Assembly: GCA_051294375.1 (NCBI GenBank)
Contig: CM119265.1
Span: 15,476,963 to 15,540,962, forward strand
Direction: 5' to 3'
Origin: Paraspadella gotoi
Taxonomy: Eukaryota; Animalia; Chaetognatha
DNA: 64,000 nt
Shown here: positions 11,307 to 23,393 of the stretch, piece after piece
Numbering within the stretch: position 1 is the first letter of the stretch
Layout: the number at the start of each line of letters is the position of its first letter
Made by a program: the position numbers and the translations under genes
The notes under the pieces: generated by a model
What the model was told of the DNA's origin: nothing
What the model saw: the letters and a program-made list of their open reading frames with translations, nothing else
Databases searched by the model: none

Positions 11307-13519
11307 ATGGCTCCAGACGATTTTATTGTCAAAATTCGAGGCTTGCCTTTTTCTGCCTCTGCCGACGAGGTGACCAGCTTTTTCGCCATGTGTCGAATCC
11401 GCGGCGGCAAGGACGGTATCCACATGGTTTACTTGCGCGAAGGTCGCCCCTCCGGAGAGGCCTTCGTCGAGTTCGAGACGGAGGAAGATTTGCAAAAAGG
11501 ATTGGCAAAGAATCACGATCACATGGGGCACAGATACATCGAAGTTTTCAAGGCTAACCGGGTGATCAAATTAATTCTTTCTATTTTTTTCTTTCTTTTA
11601 TTGTTTTTCTTTTATTACAAATCTGGGCTTTGAATTTTTTTTGAGAAAAAAAAAAGACGCTCAAATTTTTTTTTCGATGAACTTTATTCTTAAAATCTGA
11701 TTTTATTTGAAGGGTGAAATGACATGGGTTCTCGAACGCCAAGGAGCCAATGGTGGCGAAATCGGAAACGACGGAGTTGTTCGTCTTCGAGGACTGCCGT
11801 TTGGTACCACCCCGGATCAAGTCAAAGATTTTTTCATTGGCTATGACGTCTTAGAGGATGGCATTGTCATCCCAACCGACTCCATGGGGAGGTGACTATC
11901 TTGTTTCATTTTAAGTCAAGATCTAGCGTTTAATGGTTTTGTTTTTCACCCGCAGACCCGGTGGTGAGGGTTATGTTCAGTTCGCTTCTCAGGAGCATGC
12001 GGATCATGCTCTAACCAAGGATCGAGAAAAAATGGGGCATAGGTAATTTTATATATATTTATATATTTTATACTGTTATTTTAGGACCATTTAGCTCTGT
12101 TGCAATTCTTTTTCTCCTTTCTGGTTTTATTTTCATTCAACGACAACGGGTTACGGTAGATAAAATATTCGATAGCTGCCCCCTATTCAAATTTTCAATC
12201 TTCTGGTCCTCTTGCTTTTCCTATACTACTACTATCAATTCCCCCCTCCCCCCTTCCCTCCGATTGGTTCCTTTTCGCCCCATGGTTAACTTTTATCAAT
12301 CGGGTTCTGCTCAGGTACATAGAAATCTTCAAGTCATCGCTGGCAGAACTCCGAGCTGCTTCCAGTGGAATAGCGGGGGCCAGACCTCTGATGCCTAGGG
12401 GGGGCATGCGGGGGGGAGCCAGGCCGGGACCCTACGATCGCGGAGATCGATACATGGGCATGGGAAGCTATGGAGGACGCCAGGGACCCATCAAAGGCCC
12501 AGGGGGTGGAAGCATGGGGGGTTGGGGCGGTTATGGCGGCTACGGGGCGGGGGGTTTGGCACCTACCCCGGGATGAATCAAGCTGGGTCCGGGATGGGGT
12601 TTAACTCGACAACAGGTACGGGTTTTTGTGTTTTTATTTTGCGTAAAGGCGGTTGTCCCATGCACACCAAGAAAGAATAATAAACAGATTTTTGTATCCA
12701 GCTAGTTTGTGGGACAAACGTTTTTGAAAAAGTTGTAAAATCAGTAATTTGATATAACTTTATCGAAAGTTGTGATTTGTTCAATTCTTGATCAATTAAC
12801 CAACGTGCTGATTTTGTCATTTTCTTCCCCACTCCCCTTGCATGTCTCCTCCCTAAGGTCACTCCGTCCACATGCGCGGCCTGCCCTTCCGCGCTACAGA
12901 GAGTGAAATCATGACCTTCTTCTCCCCTCTCGTGCCCTCGGCCATTCACATCCACTACGAGGCCAACGGTCGTGCCACCGGTGAGGCCGACGTCGAGTTT
13001 GACGATCACGCCTCTGCGCTGGAGGCCATGAAAAAAGACAAGCAGCACATGCAGCACCGATACGTCGAGTTGTTTCTGCAAAGTCAGCCCGCCATCGGGG
13101 AAGGGTAAGATGTGAAGCCTTATTGGAGTTTGCTGGCTAAATGCTTTGAGCAATGTATATATGTATATTTTTTTTTTTAATTTTATTTCCGTAGCTACGA
13201 TCAATCATACGACGGATATGACATGTCAATGGCAGGACATTCCTTAAATGGCGCCGGGGCGCCAGTACCGCTGATGGCGAAGCCTCTTGGACCAAACCGC
13301 GGAGGCTATGGAGGAGGTCGCGGAGGTGGAACTGGATACGGCGTTTCCACTGAAGTTGGATTCGGACCACCACCTCCTGGCACCAGAGGCGGAGGGAGGG
13401 GACGAGGGGGCTTTGGAAAAGCACTCGGCAGAGGAGGTGCGCCGGGCTCCGCCGGAGCGTTGGGATACGGGGGGATGAGAGACAGTTTTGGCTACGGAAA
13501 CGGAGACTTTGGGTGGTGA
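11307..13519 (+). CDS. hnRNP F/H family protein, paralog 3
   Basis: '[10 protein letters not shown]', '[11 protein letters not shown]', '[10 protein letters not shown]', 'RPGPYDR', '[12 protein letters not shown]', RGG-rich final exon; intron positions shared with paralogs 1 and 2. Confidence 0.88.
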
Positions 13520-13975
13520 ACTGGCCGATCACTGGCCGATCTGTGTTTGTTAGCTGGACCAAAAGGAACTTTTCTGGCACTTAATTGTCTCGGGCGAACT
13601 TTATATTATGTCTCCTAGCAACGTCGTATTTTTTTCTTTTTTGTAACCCGATTTTTGTGTCCTTTTTTTCTCAATTCATTTACAGCAATATTTTTTGTCA
13701 GTTTTGATTTGCTGGTAATTGTCATAATTATGATAACGCAGTTTTCTTTTTTGTTAGATTACCGACAAAAACAGGAGAGAAAAACTTTACGATCAACGAG
13801 ATATTTTTGTTTGTGCCTTTTTAAACCCAGTCTCCCTCCGTAAACGTTTGATTGGCTTTTGAAACTATACCGAGCACCTTCGGTTAAAAACCCTATAACG
13901 TTCAAAATCACAGCATGACTTCGACAGGAAATCATTTCATGCATAAAAAAATTGCTTAATCATAACGTTGCCTCA

Positions 13976-16900
13976 ATGGCCGCCATGGTCGACAGCAACG
14001 TTTCGACTGGCGTTTCCGTGGTCGGTGCCTCTCTTGCTCCCAACGCCGTCGCGGCGCCACGTAGCCCCGCTTCCACCACGGCGATGACTCCAGCTCCGAC
14101 ACCGATGCAGACGCCGATCACTACGAGCGGGAATACGATTTCCGCTGGTGCCCCAGTTCCGCCCGCGCCGACTCTTCAGCGGATATCCAAAGAGGACTTG
14201 CAAACTTTAGAGTCTTTCACCAGCCTACGGTCCGGTTTAATAGAGTTAAAGACCCCTCTCGACGTGGAACACCAGCATTTAATATTTAAAGGGATCAGCT
14301 TCCTCGAATCTGTCTTGGGCGCCTTCGTCGACCTTGTCAAGAAAGATTTGGAGCCGGATGAGACCATTGACGATACAAGGATCGTTCAGACGATCAAGCT
14401 GGAGGGTGGATTCGATTCACGCGTCGCTCTTTATCTCGGACACTTTAATTTATTGATGGAAGATTACCACAAGGCGCTTTCGGCCTATCAACTGTACTTT
14501 CGAATTGAAAGTGAATCCTACTGGAATGATTCCCAGTTCCTTTACGGATTGGCGATCGTGTACTTCCACTTCGGCGCCCACAAATGGGCCGTTCGACTTT
14601 TTCAAACTATTCTTTATTTTGATCCCTCCTTTACGCGAATCCGAGAAGTTCACTATAGATTGGGAATTCTCTTCAAGTTTCTCGATGATTTCGAGTCAAG
14701 CATGAAACACTTTCGTCTTGCAATTAGTCAAGGGGGACAGCGAAGGACCTTTTCTGAGATCGAGGTTCAATTTCATATCGGCCATTTGCTGGAAACTCAG
14801 GATAAACCTAAAGCGGCGAAGGACGCTTACGAGGGCCTTCTATCTGCATTGGGGAAAGTGGTTTCACCTTCAGCACCGCTTCCTAGTCTTGCGGAAACGG
14901 TGAAGAGCAACGCACTTCGACACCTTGGTTGGCTATTTCAAACCAACGACGTTTTAAACCCGCAACAGGCTCATCAGCCTTTACCAAATCCTATGGAGCC
15001 ACCCGTGGATCCGCGAACCCAACGCACCGCCGCCGCCATTGACTGTTTGCGAGAATCGATTAGGACCGACGAAAATTCTGGTCAGAGTTGGTACTTTCTC
15101 GGGCGCTGTTACGCGTCGCTCGGGAAAGTTCACGACGCTTTCGTCGCCTATCGTCATTCGATCGACAAGTCGGAGGCATCGGCGGATACTTGGTGCTCAA
15201 TTGGGGTATTGTATCAGCAACAGAACCAACCCATGGACGCCCTCCAAGCATACATTTGCGCCGTGCAACTGGACAAATCTCACGTTGCCGCCTGGACCGA
15301 CCTCGCGGTTCTGTACGAATCGTGCGGCCAACCTCGCGACGCACTGACTTGCTACATCAACGCCGCCAACTCCACCATGGCGCCGCCAGAATTTCCCGGG
15401 TCGGCGTTTCGTAGCGGTCGGCGTTTCGGCGGTTCCGGCGCGACCGGAGTTATTCAGCGACATTTCAATTCTGCGCCTCCTTCTGAAGCTTTGCGTCAAA
15501 GAATCAAGTTTTTGCAGACCGAACTCAATAAAGTAAAAGCGTTGATTCATTCTCACCCGAACAAGGTTAAGACGCTGCCGTCCATTGAAGAAGCTTGGAC
15601 CTTACCCATCCCGGCCGAGTTGACTTCGAGACAGCAGCAACTGGCACAGCAGCAGCAGCAGGAACAGTTGTTTCAGCGCGATGAATTTAACAAGGGCCTT
15701 GTATTGATGAACGACGAGCCCGACGGTCCCATGGGCGCCAAGAGGAGGCGATTAAATGGAGACCCTGGAGTTGGCGGCGGCGAAATGGGAACGGCGAGTC
15801 AATCAGCTGCCATGTTTCGAATACTGCATCAAAATAGAGAAACGCTCAATGAAAGACAGCGAGAAATTTTAAAGAAATTAGAAGCGCGAAGAGAAAAGGC
15901 CGCCAGCATTATGGGACACCCACCGCCCATGGGCCCTAACTCTGCTCCAATTATGGGACTAAGACCTAATCCTCATTTGATTGGATTACAACCACGACCG
16001 CCCCCGCCACCATATCCCGGTCCTCCTTGTTCTTTAAACGCGGAATTGACTCCTACCATCGCTGCCGCTGTGCCCTCTGTCGTCAACGGAGATGTTCCCC
16101 CGACTACATGCACGGACACAAAACCCATCGTTACATCAAAAACAGAAAATATTTCTGAACCTTATCTTGCTCCCTCCGCTAATTTCCGGTTGCCCTGGCC
16201 AAAGCAACGCAAACGAAAACCGTCAGAATTTGACGCCAAAGATTCCGCCAGCATCATAGTAAACGAAGCTAAACAGTTAGCTTCCAAGGAGACGGATGCA
16301 GCGAGAAAAACTCGCGTATGGCTGACGCAAAGCCCGATTGGTGCTCCTCCGAACGAACCGCCGACGCCGTTTCCACCGCTACCAAGAGATAAGCTTACAC
16401 CCGCCGTGCAAACGATTCCTTTAACCAGCAAGAAGGACGCCAATTCGCCCGGTCTGCAGGGCATATGCGCTTCGCAGCCATTGACTATTCTCAAAGGCCT
16501 CGCATCCGCGCTCAAGTTAGATTTGGGTTTATTTTCGACCAAACGTCTCGTCGAACAAAACCCTCCTCAATCCATCGAAATTCGAACTCAGAGAAAACAA
16601 AAGTCGGACGACAATTTCGACGCCACCGGTCGCTTCCGGGTGTGGCGCTGTGATAGTGAAAGGTCAAAGTCGAACATCGCTAAATACGCCAAGTACCAGG
16701 CGGCTTCATTTCAAGAATCACTCTTGGAGGAGGCCAACGGGGCCGGCAGCGACGTTAAGGACGACTTTGAGTCGCCGGGATTTCTTGGAAAAAGATCGAA
16801 GCGAAGGCACGACGACAAGCCCTTCAAAGTCATCAAGACTGGTCGCTGCGACATCGTTCCTAACGACAAAAAGTGGCGTCTTCAATTGGCGGAATTGCAA

Positions 16901-18424
16901 AAGGTCCCTCAGTTTTTGCGCGTGATTTCTGCCAGCAATATTCTCTCCCATCTGGGACAAAATGCGATGGGAGTGAACGCGATTCGCCTTCATCTCACGG
17001 TGCCGGGGTCTCGAAACACTGCTCATCAGGAGGAGAATAATCTTTGTTACGTCAATCTCAATATCGGGCCTGGAGAGTTGGAGTGGTTCGCCGTCGAAGA
17101 GAAGTTTTGGGGCGCACTGAGGTCCCTCTGTGAAAAACACAACGTCAATTACCTCACTGGTCCCTGGTGGCCTGTACTTGAGGAGCTCATTGATAATGAC
17201 ATTCCTGTCTATCGATTTCAACAAAGCCCCGGCGACTTGGTTTGGGTCAATTCCGGCACAATCTTTTGGGTTCAGTCGATCGGTTGGTGCAACAGTATAT
17301 CTTGGAATCTCGGCACTCTAGCTTTTTCTCAATATAGTCTAGCCATTGAGCGCTACGAATACAACAAACTTATGTCGGTGAAATCAAAGTTACCCATGAT
17401 GACTCTCTCCTGGAACTTGGCCTCAAACTTAAGAATATCCGAGAAAAAACTGTGGGAACACATTCGTCTTGTTTTGCGTCGAACCCTACATCAGTACGCG
17501 TTGACTCTCGAATATCTTAGAGGCGTTAAAGGCGTGCAAGCGGAGACGGAGCTCTTCAAATCCTGCAACACCTCGATTCTCTTCGACCTCTGCAACCCTT
17601 TTTGTGCTTTTTGTGAGGTAGAAATTTTCAACGTTTTCTTCGCGCGCGAAGATCACAAAAAACCCAAGTATTCCCTGTTTTGCATCGATTGCGCTTCTCG
17701 CTTTCCATCGGGAGATAAGTTTGACGACTTTATACTTTTCCATCAATTCACTCTCGATCACTTGACTGAGGTTTACGACAATTTTACGTTGAACGTGACT
17801 TCCTCCATGATGCCCCCACCGATGGCGCCAGTATCGCCGAGCATGAGTCACATGGCCGTAGGGACCATGACGCCTCCAATTGGATCGAACTACCCTCATT
17901 CTTCCATAAATCCTGGCCCTCACGGATCGAACACCTTCTCGTCGCAAATGTCCTCTTCGATGGAATTACCCTCAAAGGTTCGAGGGTCGCTGCAACAGAC
18001 GGCTTTACCCCATGGCCCTGGCGGTGCCCCTAGCTTATCGCCTACCAACATCAAACCGAATCTCACCGGATTTCCATCCAATGCTTTTCATCACAACCTC
18101 AAGTCGAGTTTAGCCAGTCAGTCGCTGAGAGAGTCGCTCGTACAACAAACACTGAAATCCGCGATCTCCAATTCGCCTAGTCTGAGCATGATAAAACAAG
18201 GGTTGAATTCCGGAAACGTCTCGACTGGAGCTTCCCCATCTAACCCTAATCAGCAAAATGTCAAATCGGGTCTTCCCAGCGCCAACCAGGGCGTCGGTTT
18301 TCAACCCAACGTTAAAACGGATCTCACGGCCACGTCCAAAGTTGGAAGTTTGAGCACATCGATGTCTATGCTCAGTACGGAAAGTAAACTGCATAATCAT
18401 AATCCTTCAAAAACTGTGGAATAA
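13976..18424 (+). CDS. KDM6A: KDM6/UTX-like TPR + JmjC + Zn-binding protein, single exon; catalytic residues degenerate
   Basis: TPR block 'GQSWYFLGRCYASLGKVHDAFVAYRHSIDKSEASADTWCSIGVLYQQQNQPMDALQAYICAVQLD', 'LPSIEEAWTLPIPAELTSRQ', 'ALKLDLGLFSTK', JmjC 'HQE...NIGPG' and C-terminal CxxC...CxxC match recalled UTX. First ATG at 13976. Confidence 0.92.
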   Translation: MAAMVDSNVSTGVSVVGASLAPNAVAAPRSPASTTAMTPAPTPMQTPITTSGNTISAGAPVPPAPTLQRISKEDLQTLESFTSLRSGLIELKTPLDVEHQHLIFKGISFLESVLGAFVDLVKKDLEPDETIDDTRIVQTIKLEGGFDSRVALYLGHFNLLMEDYHKALSAYQLYFRIESESYWNDSQFLYGLAIVYFHFGAHKWAVRLFQTILYFDPSFTRIREVHYRLGILFKFLDDFESSMKHFRLAISQGGQRRTFSEIEVQFHIGHLLETQDKPKAAKDAYEGLLSALGKVVSPSAPLPSLAETVKSNALRHLGWLFQTNDVLNPQQAHQPLPNPMEPPVDPRTQRTAAAIDCLRESIRTDENSGQSWYFLGRCYASLGKVHDAFVAYRHSIDKSEASADTWCSIGVLYQQQNQPMDALQAYICAVQLDKSHVAAWTDLAVLYESCGQPRDALTCYINAANSTMAPPEFPGSAFRSGRRFGGSGATGVIQRHFNSAPPSEALRQRIKFLQTELNKVKALIHSHPNKVKTLPSIEEAWTLPIPAELTSRQQQLAQQQQQEQLFQRDEFNKGLVLMNDEPDGPMGAKRRRLNGDPGVGGGEMGTASQSAAMFRILHQNRETLNERQREILKKLEARREKAASIMGHPPPMGPNSAPIMGLRPNPHLIGLQPRPPPPPYPGPPCSLNAELTPTIAAAVPSVVNGDVPPTTCTDTKPIVTSKTENISEPYLAPSANFRLPWPKQRKRKPSEFDAKDSASIIVNEAKQLASKETDAARKTRVWLTQSPIGAPPNEPPTPFPPLPRDKLTPAVQTIPLTSKKDANSPGLQGICASQPLTILKGLASALKLDLGLFSTKRLVEQNPPQSIEIRTQRKQKSDDNFDATGRFRVWRCDSERSKSNIAKYAKYQAASFQESLLEEANGAGSDVKDDFESPGFLGKRSKRRHDDKPFKVIKTGRCDIVPNDKKWRLQLAELQKVPQFLRVISASNILSHLGQNAMGVNAIRLHLTVPGSRNTAHQEENNLCYVNLNIGPGELEWFAVEEKFWGALRSLCEKHNVNYLTGPWWPVLEELIDNDIPVYRFQQSPGDLVWVNSGTIFWVQSIGWCNSISWNLGTLAFSQYSLAIERYEYNKLMSVKSKLPMMTLSWNLASNLRISEKKLWEHIRLVLRRTLHQYALTLEYLRGVKGVQAETELFKSCNTSILFDLCNPFCAFCEVEIFNVFFAREDHKKPKYSLFCIDCASRFPSGDKFDDFILFHQFTLDHLTEVYDNFTLNVTSSMMPPPMAPVSPSMSHMAVGTMTPPIGSNYPHSSINPGPHGSNTFSSQMSSSMELPSKVRGSLQQTALPHGPGGAPSLSPTNIKPNLTGFPSNAFHHNLKSSLASQSLRESLVQQTLKSAISNSPSLSMIKQGLNSGNVSTGASPSNPNQQNVKSGLPSANQGVGFQPNVKTDLTATSKVGSLSTSMSMLSTESKLHNHNPSKTVE

Positions 18425-19289
18425 AAAAATTGGAATGCAGAGGAACGCATCTCTAGAGGATGTAGAGTTAAACACTAGTCACTATAAGTATAAACCTTTG
18501 TTTCTTTAGGGTTGAGCGTCCGTTTCGAGATTAGCGATTATATTTTTTCTGTATGAAAATTATTTATTCATTTCGAAAATTTTTCATGATAGGTAAAAAA
18601 CTAAGTATTAAAACGAGAATAACGCATTTGTGCCGACTCAAAAAGGATACATTGATCTTCTGTTCCATAACGTTACTTTTATATAAAATAATTTCAGAGA
18701 ATTTAAGTTGGTTATTCATATAAATATTATGGAGTCAGAGACGATTGCAGGCGTGGCAAGGCTATCGATACTGTTACTCGATGGATAAAAGTTTATTTTT
18801 TTTCTAACACTGTTCCCCATTGCAAATACGAATGTTTTATATTCATTGTCATTAAATCTTTTTTCGAATCTTTTCTTATACTTTTTCAAAATAATTTAGA
18901 AGTTTTGAATTCCGTACACGAAAATACAGTGATTCGCCGTGAACATTGCATTTAAGGAGCTATTAAAGAATAATGTTTGTTAATAAATCAGTTTAGTTTT
19001 GGCAATAAATTTTGACTTTCTTATTCCATGAATTTATTTTCTGCCGAAAGAGTTATGACCTTTTACCCTTTGAACTGGGATTGACTTTTCAATGAAAAAT
19101 CGTGTTTACTATAGCGGGATCTTCATGTTTATGTCGACCTAGAATTGAGACGATTGTTTCTAATGATGAGCACTCAGGAACTTTTGTCATTAGCTTTAAA
19201 GTAATACATGGAATCAAGTTTATTTATCTTTACTTTCACTCATTGCTTGAGGTCATTTTGTTGATTTGCTTTTCCATTAGATTTGTGAG

Positions 19290-22200
19290 ATGGCGTCTCT
19301 TCAATGGAAACCATCTCGATACGCTCATGGAGGTAAAGTTTTAAGATTTATCGATATTTTAAATGAAAACATTCATATTAAAATAAGTTAACCTATAAAT
19401 TCATGAATTCTAAACAGTATTTATTGGTTTTGTTATTATTTCTTTTAGATGGCCACACCGATCTGGCTGTAGACGATTCCGTAACGGAATATCCCGGTCA
19501 GTTTCTTACTTGCGGCGCCGATGGAGAGATCCGCATCTGGAACGGTCTGGACGACGATTCTCCGGTCGCTATTTCACTCGGCGACTGCGCCATGGGTCTC
19601 GCCTGCCGTCCTCGCTTACTTAATGGGTCCGTTCCCAATTCCGGCCGTTTCGTTGCCGGCAACGAGGACACGCATGGACTACACTCATTCGATCTTCCGG
19701 ACGGCACTCCAGACGGGATACTCACACGATTTACGGCCGACGTTACATGCGCGAGCTACTCGAAAGACGGCGCGGTTTTGGCCGCCGGCGCTCGGGACTT
19801 TCAAATCAAGGTGTTCAAAAACGATTCCGTGGCCGATACGTTATCCGGCCACTCGGGGCCCATTCTTTCTTTGACTTTCGACCCGTCGGGCACGAGACTC
19901 GCCTCCTCTTCCTGCGATGGTTCCGTCAAGATTTGGGATATGTCTAAGGAACCTGCATCGGCTTGCATCAAGACTCTCGCCGACGTCTTTCCCAAGTCAA
20001 ACGACTTTGGAAATTCACCGACTCTCTGCCGACTTTGTTGGTCGCCCGACGGATCCAAACTATTAGTGCCGGCCATCGGCGGCGTCAAAGTCTTCGAAGC
20101 CTCTTCTCTGGATTTTCAGTTTACGCTGACCGACTCGGCGTTGACCATTGCCAACGTGGCAGTTTTCGCCCCCGGCGCTAAACACGTCGCCGTGGCCTCC
20201 GTCGACGGCGTCGTCGTCGTCTTCGATTTCGCCGATCGAAGCGTCGTCGCCAAATTGGAACCCGACAAGAAGGTGGCAATATGCGCGGCTTCTTGGAACC
20301 CGACCTCTCCGCCGAACAAGAGTCTAGAGTTGATAATCTGTGACGTGGAGGGTCAGTTGGGTGCTTGTGAGTTTCATCTCGGGGTCGCCTCATCGAGCAA
20401 ATCCAAGAGGGAAAACGTCGAGGATTTTCGCGGCCTTTTCGAGGACGACGACAACGAGGCCTTTGTTGCCGCTTCCCAAGCCGCTGAGCGTGGGGACCTT
20501 GACGACAAAGAAGACGAAGCTCACGTCGAGGAACATCTGGATGCCCTGTCTCGCGAAGACGGCGCCATTTCCCGCGCCGATTCCGACGTTCCGCTTTCTT
20601 CACGCGTGATTTACTCGGGTCCGAAGCTTCCTACGCCGCAACAGTCGTTTCAACCATCAGCAACGCCGAGACATCTGTCCAACCGCTTCATGGTGTGGAA
20701 TTCGGTTGGCGTTGTCACTCAACACAAGACGGAGAACGCCATCGAGGTCGAGTTCCACGACGCCTCCATCCATCACGCCATTCACGTCGATAACGACGAC
20801 AATTTCATTATGGCCGACCTGAACGAAAATATGGTGGCATTTGCGTCCGAAGCCGAAGACGGAAACGCCTCCAAGTTAAAGGTTCTGCACATCGCCTCTT
20901 GGGACGGCGCCAAAGACTGGAGCATTTCTATGCCCGAAGGAGAAGAGATCGAAGCGGTCGCCGTCGGTTTTACCTGGGTCGCCGTGGCGTCGAACAAGCG
21001 ACATCTGCGTTTCTTTTCTGCAGCGGGAAATCAGCGAGAAATGATGACCTTATCCGGACCTGTAGTGTGCATGGCCGGCTTTAAGTCGGAACTCCTGGTC
21101 GCTTATCACGACGGCGTCGGCGTTTTAGGCGACCAAAAATTAATGGTTTCTCATTTTCGCCAAGTTGGCCTCAGGCCCTATTCTTTCAGACCCACCACCT
21201 TTCCGCTACCCCTGAGTCCCAAGACAACATTGGAGTGGCTCGGCTTTTCCTTGGAGGGTAGTCCGGTATCGGTCGATTCTGATGGCGTTGTTCGCTTGAT
21301 GAGGCGCTCGCTTCAAGGGCACTGGTTGCCCATCGTCGAAACCAGAAAAAATCTGGCCAAATCGGACAATTACTTCATAGTCGCAGTCTCCGAACGCGAC
21401 GCCCACATCCGTTGCATTTTCTGCAAAGCCTGTGGATACCCGGCGGTACTCCCCAAGCCCCTCGTTCAAACCCTGCCCATATCGATTCCTTTGGCGGACA
21501 CAGAAACCGATAAGGGGATCTCGGAGGCAGCTTTTTGGTCGGCGGCCGCATTGGAATCCAACAGCAATACAGAGATGGTGATGCAGGAGCATCTCATTAA
21601 GCTCGTCGCTCTGGCTTGCAAAAGTGGACGAGACTTTCGAGCTACCGAAACCGCGTCGCTATTCCCGTCTGCAGTGTCGATGCAGTTCGCCATTAAGTAC
21701 GCGACCCGAATGGGAAAGATTAATCTTGCGTCGCGTTTCGGAGAGATCGCATTGAGGCGCCGCCAAGAGGAGGCGCTGGGTTCAGAAAGATACGAGGAGG
21801 AAGATGAACCGCCTAATTCTCAAATGTCGCTTTTCGAAGACTCGCCGCCGAGAGGGAAAGAACCGGAAGGACTTCAGGAGGAAATGCAGGAGGAAGAAGA
21901 GACAGAATCGGTGCCTCTGCTTCAACTGGATCAAAGATCGAAACCTTTAACGCCGTTAGTGGCTTCCGCCAAAGATAGCCAAGATATTTCACGAAAAGGA
22001 AACAACCCCTTTAGGCGGCACGCCACGTTGGATGGCTCAGACGCCAAGTCATCTAACGTTTTTGCCGCCTTGGCCCAGCCTTCTAAGAAGTCTACTAGTC
22101 TTAGTTCCGGTCGCTTTTCCAAAACGGCTGCGCCTAAAAGCGCTAACGACATTATCCGGCCCCCTCCGGTAAAGCGCAAGGCCGGATCTCAAACCAAGAA

Positions 22201-22684
22201 AGCAACTTTGTTCGCGCGATCCGTTTCGGAGCCCGAGGACGCCGGTGGGAAAAACGAAGCCCCTACAATGACGTCCACACCGGCCCCCAAAGACACTCAA
22301 GACGAATCTCCTTTTTCTTTTTGGAGACGGTGCAACCTGGAAGCCGTCATGGCCGACTTTCCCGACGGCGATGACGCCGAGGACGACGAAGCCGTTACTC
22401 AGCACTGTGTCAAAAAGTTTAGAGAACTTCCAACCGTGGAGAAAAAAGAGTGGATCGCCAAGTTTAACTCACAAAAGGATAAGGGCTCTCGCGTCATCGC
22501 GGAGCGGGACGGAAACGCCGAAACCGCCGAGGACTCTGGCACTAATTCTAAAAAACGCAAGTTAGAAAACAAGGAGGAAGAATTCGGTGCCATCAAAAAG
22601 AACGGATCTGTTATGGACAAAGAACAAAAACCACCGTCAGTTAAAAACAAGTTAGCATCTTATGCTTTTTCCTCAGATGATTAA
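19290..22684 (+). CDS. WDHD1: WD repeat and HMG-box DNA-binding protein 1 (AND-1/Ctf4)
   Basis: Exon 19290-19332 + exon 19449-22684 gives 'MASLQWKPSRYAHGDGHT'. WD40 repeats, SepB domain 'FQPSATPRHLSNRFMVWNSVG', 'IEVEFHDASIHHAIH', 'WLGFSLEGSP', and a C-terminal HMG-like segment. Confidence 0.93.
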
Positions 22685-22952
22685 TTAGTGTGTACGTAAA
22701 CCACGAAGTGATAAAACCGTTATGTTTTAACTAGTAATGAGTTTTTGTTGACAATAATATCCCTTTATCGATATCTAAATTTGGGAGCCGAAATATTTTT
22801 TTTGTGGAGGGATTTGACCATATAATTTTGTTAAACTTTTTTTGATGAAAATCCGAAGTGCCATGTGATCATTGTTAATATTTTACGTTATATCTACGGC
22901 CTGAATGTTTAATTAATGTCTCGTTTAATTTGTTTATCATATTTTATTTTAG

Positions 22953-23327
22953 ATGGTTGTGATTCAGGTATCATTGCCTTTTAACAATAACGAATTCGAT
23001 ATTGGAGTGAGCGACAAAGAATGGGTCATCGTTGAATTGCAAGGATCTCTCGAGGTTCAGCCGCATTGTCGAGAGGAAACTTTGGTCAACAAGTTCATTG
23101 GAGATCTTCATTTCACCTTGAAAGGCGAACCCACTCTCATTATCGGCCACCACATTTTATACGGAAAAGTGATCAAACTCGAAAAGCCTTTCGCCGTCGT
23201 CAAAAAAATTCAAGTTTCAGAGGCGAAATCTTCTGTCCGTTACGACGTCGTTGGCATCATCGAGAAGAAGCTCTTGTTTAACCAAAGACCCAAACCCATA
23301 ATTACCAACGTGCCTAAAAAGGTTTAA
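22953..23327 (+). CDS. CHTF8: Chromosome transmission fidelity protein 8 (CTF18-RFC subunit)
   Basis: 'EWVIVELQGSL', 'IGDLHFTLKGEPTLIIGHHILYGKVIKLEKPFAV', 'KLLFNQRPKPIITNVPKKV'. Confidence 0.93.
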   Translation: MVVIQVSLPFNNNEFDIGVSDKEWVIVELQGSLEVQPHCREETLVNKFIGDLHFTLKGEPTLIIGHHILYGKVIKLEKPFAVVKKIQVSEAKSSVRYDVVGIIEKKLLFNQRPKPIITNVPKKV

Positions 23328-23393
23328 AAGTACGTTCGATAATCAATCAATATATACTTATTTCTGTTTAAAATTAATTCGACAATTTTTGAG

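Noticed and set aside
19403-19448. Signal-peptide-like N-terminus of WDHD1 in the ORF track
   Set aside because: It is intron sequence; the upstream exon 19290-19332 supplies the conserved RYAH start.
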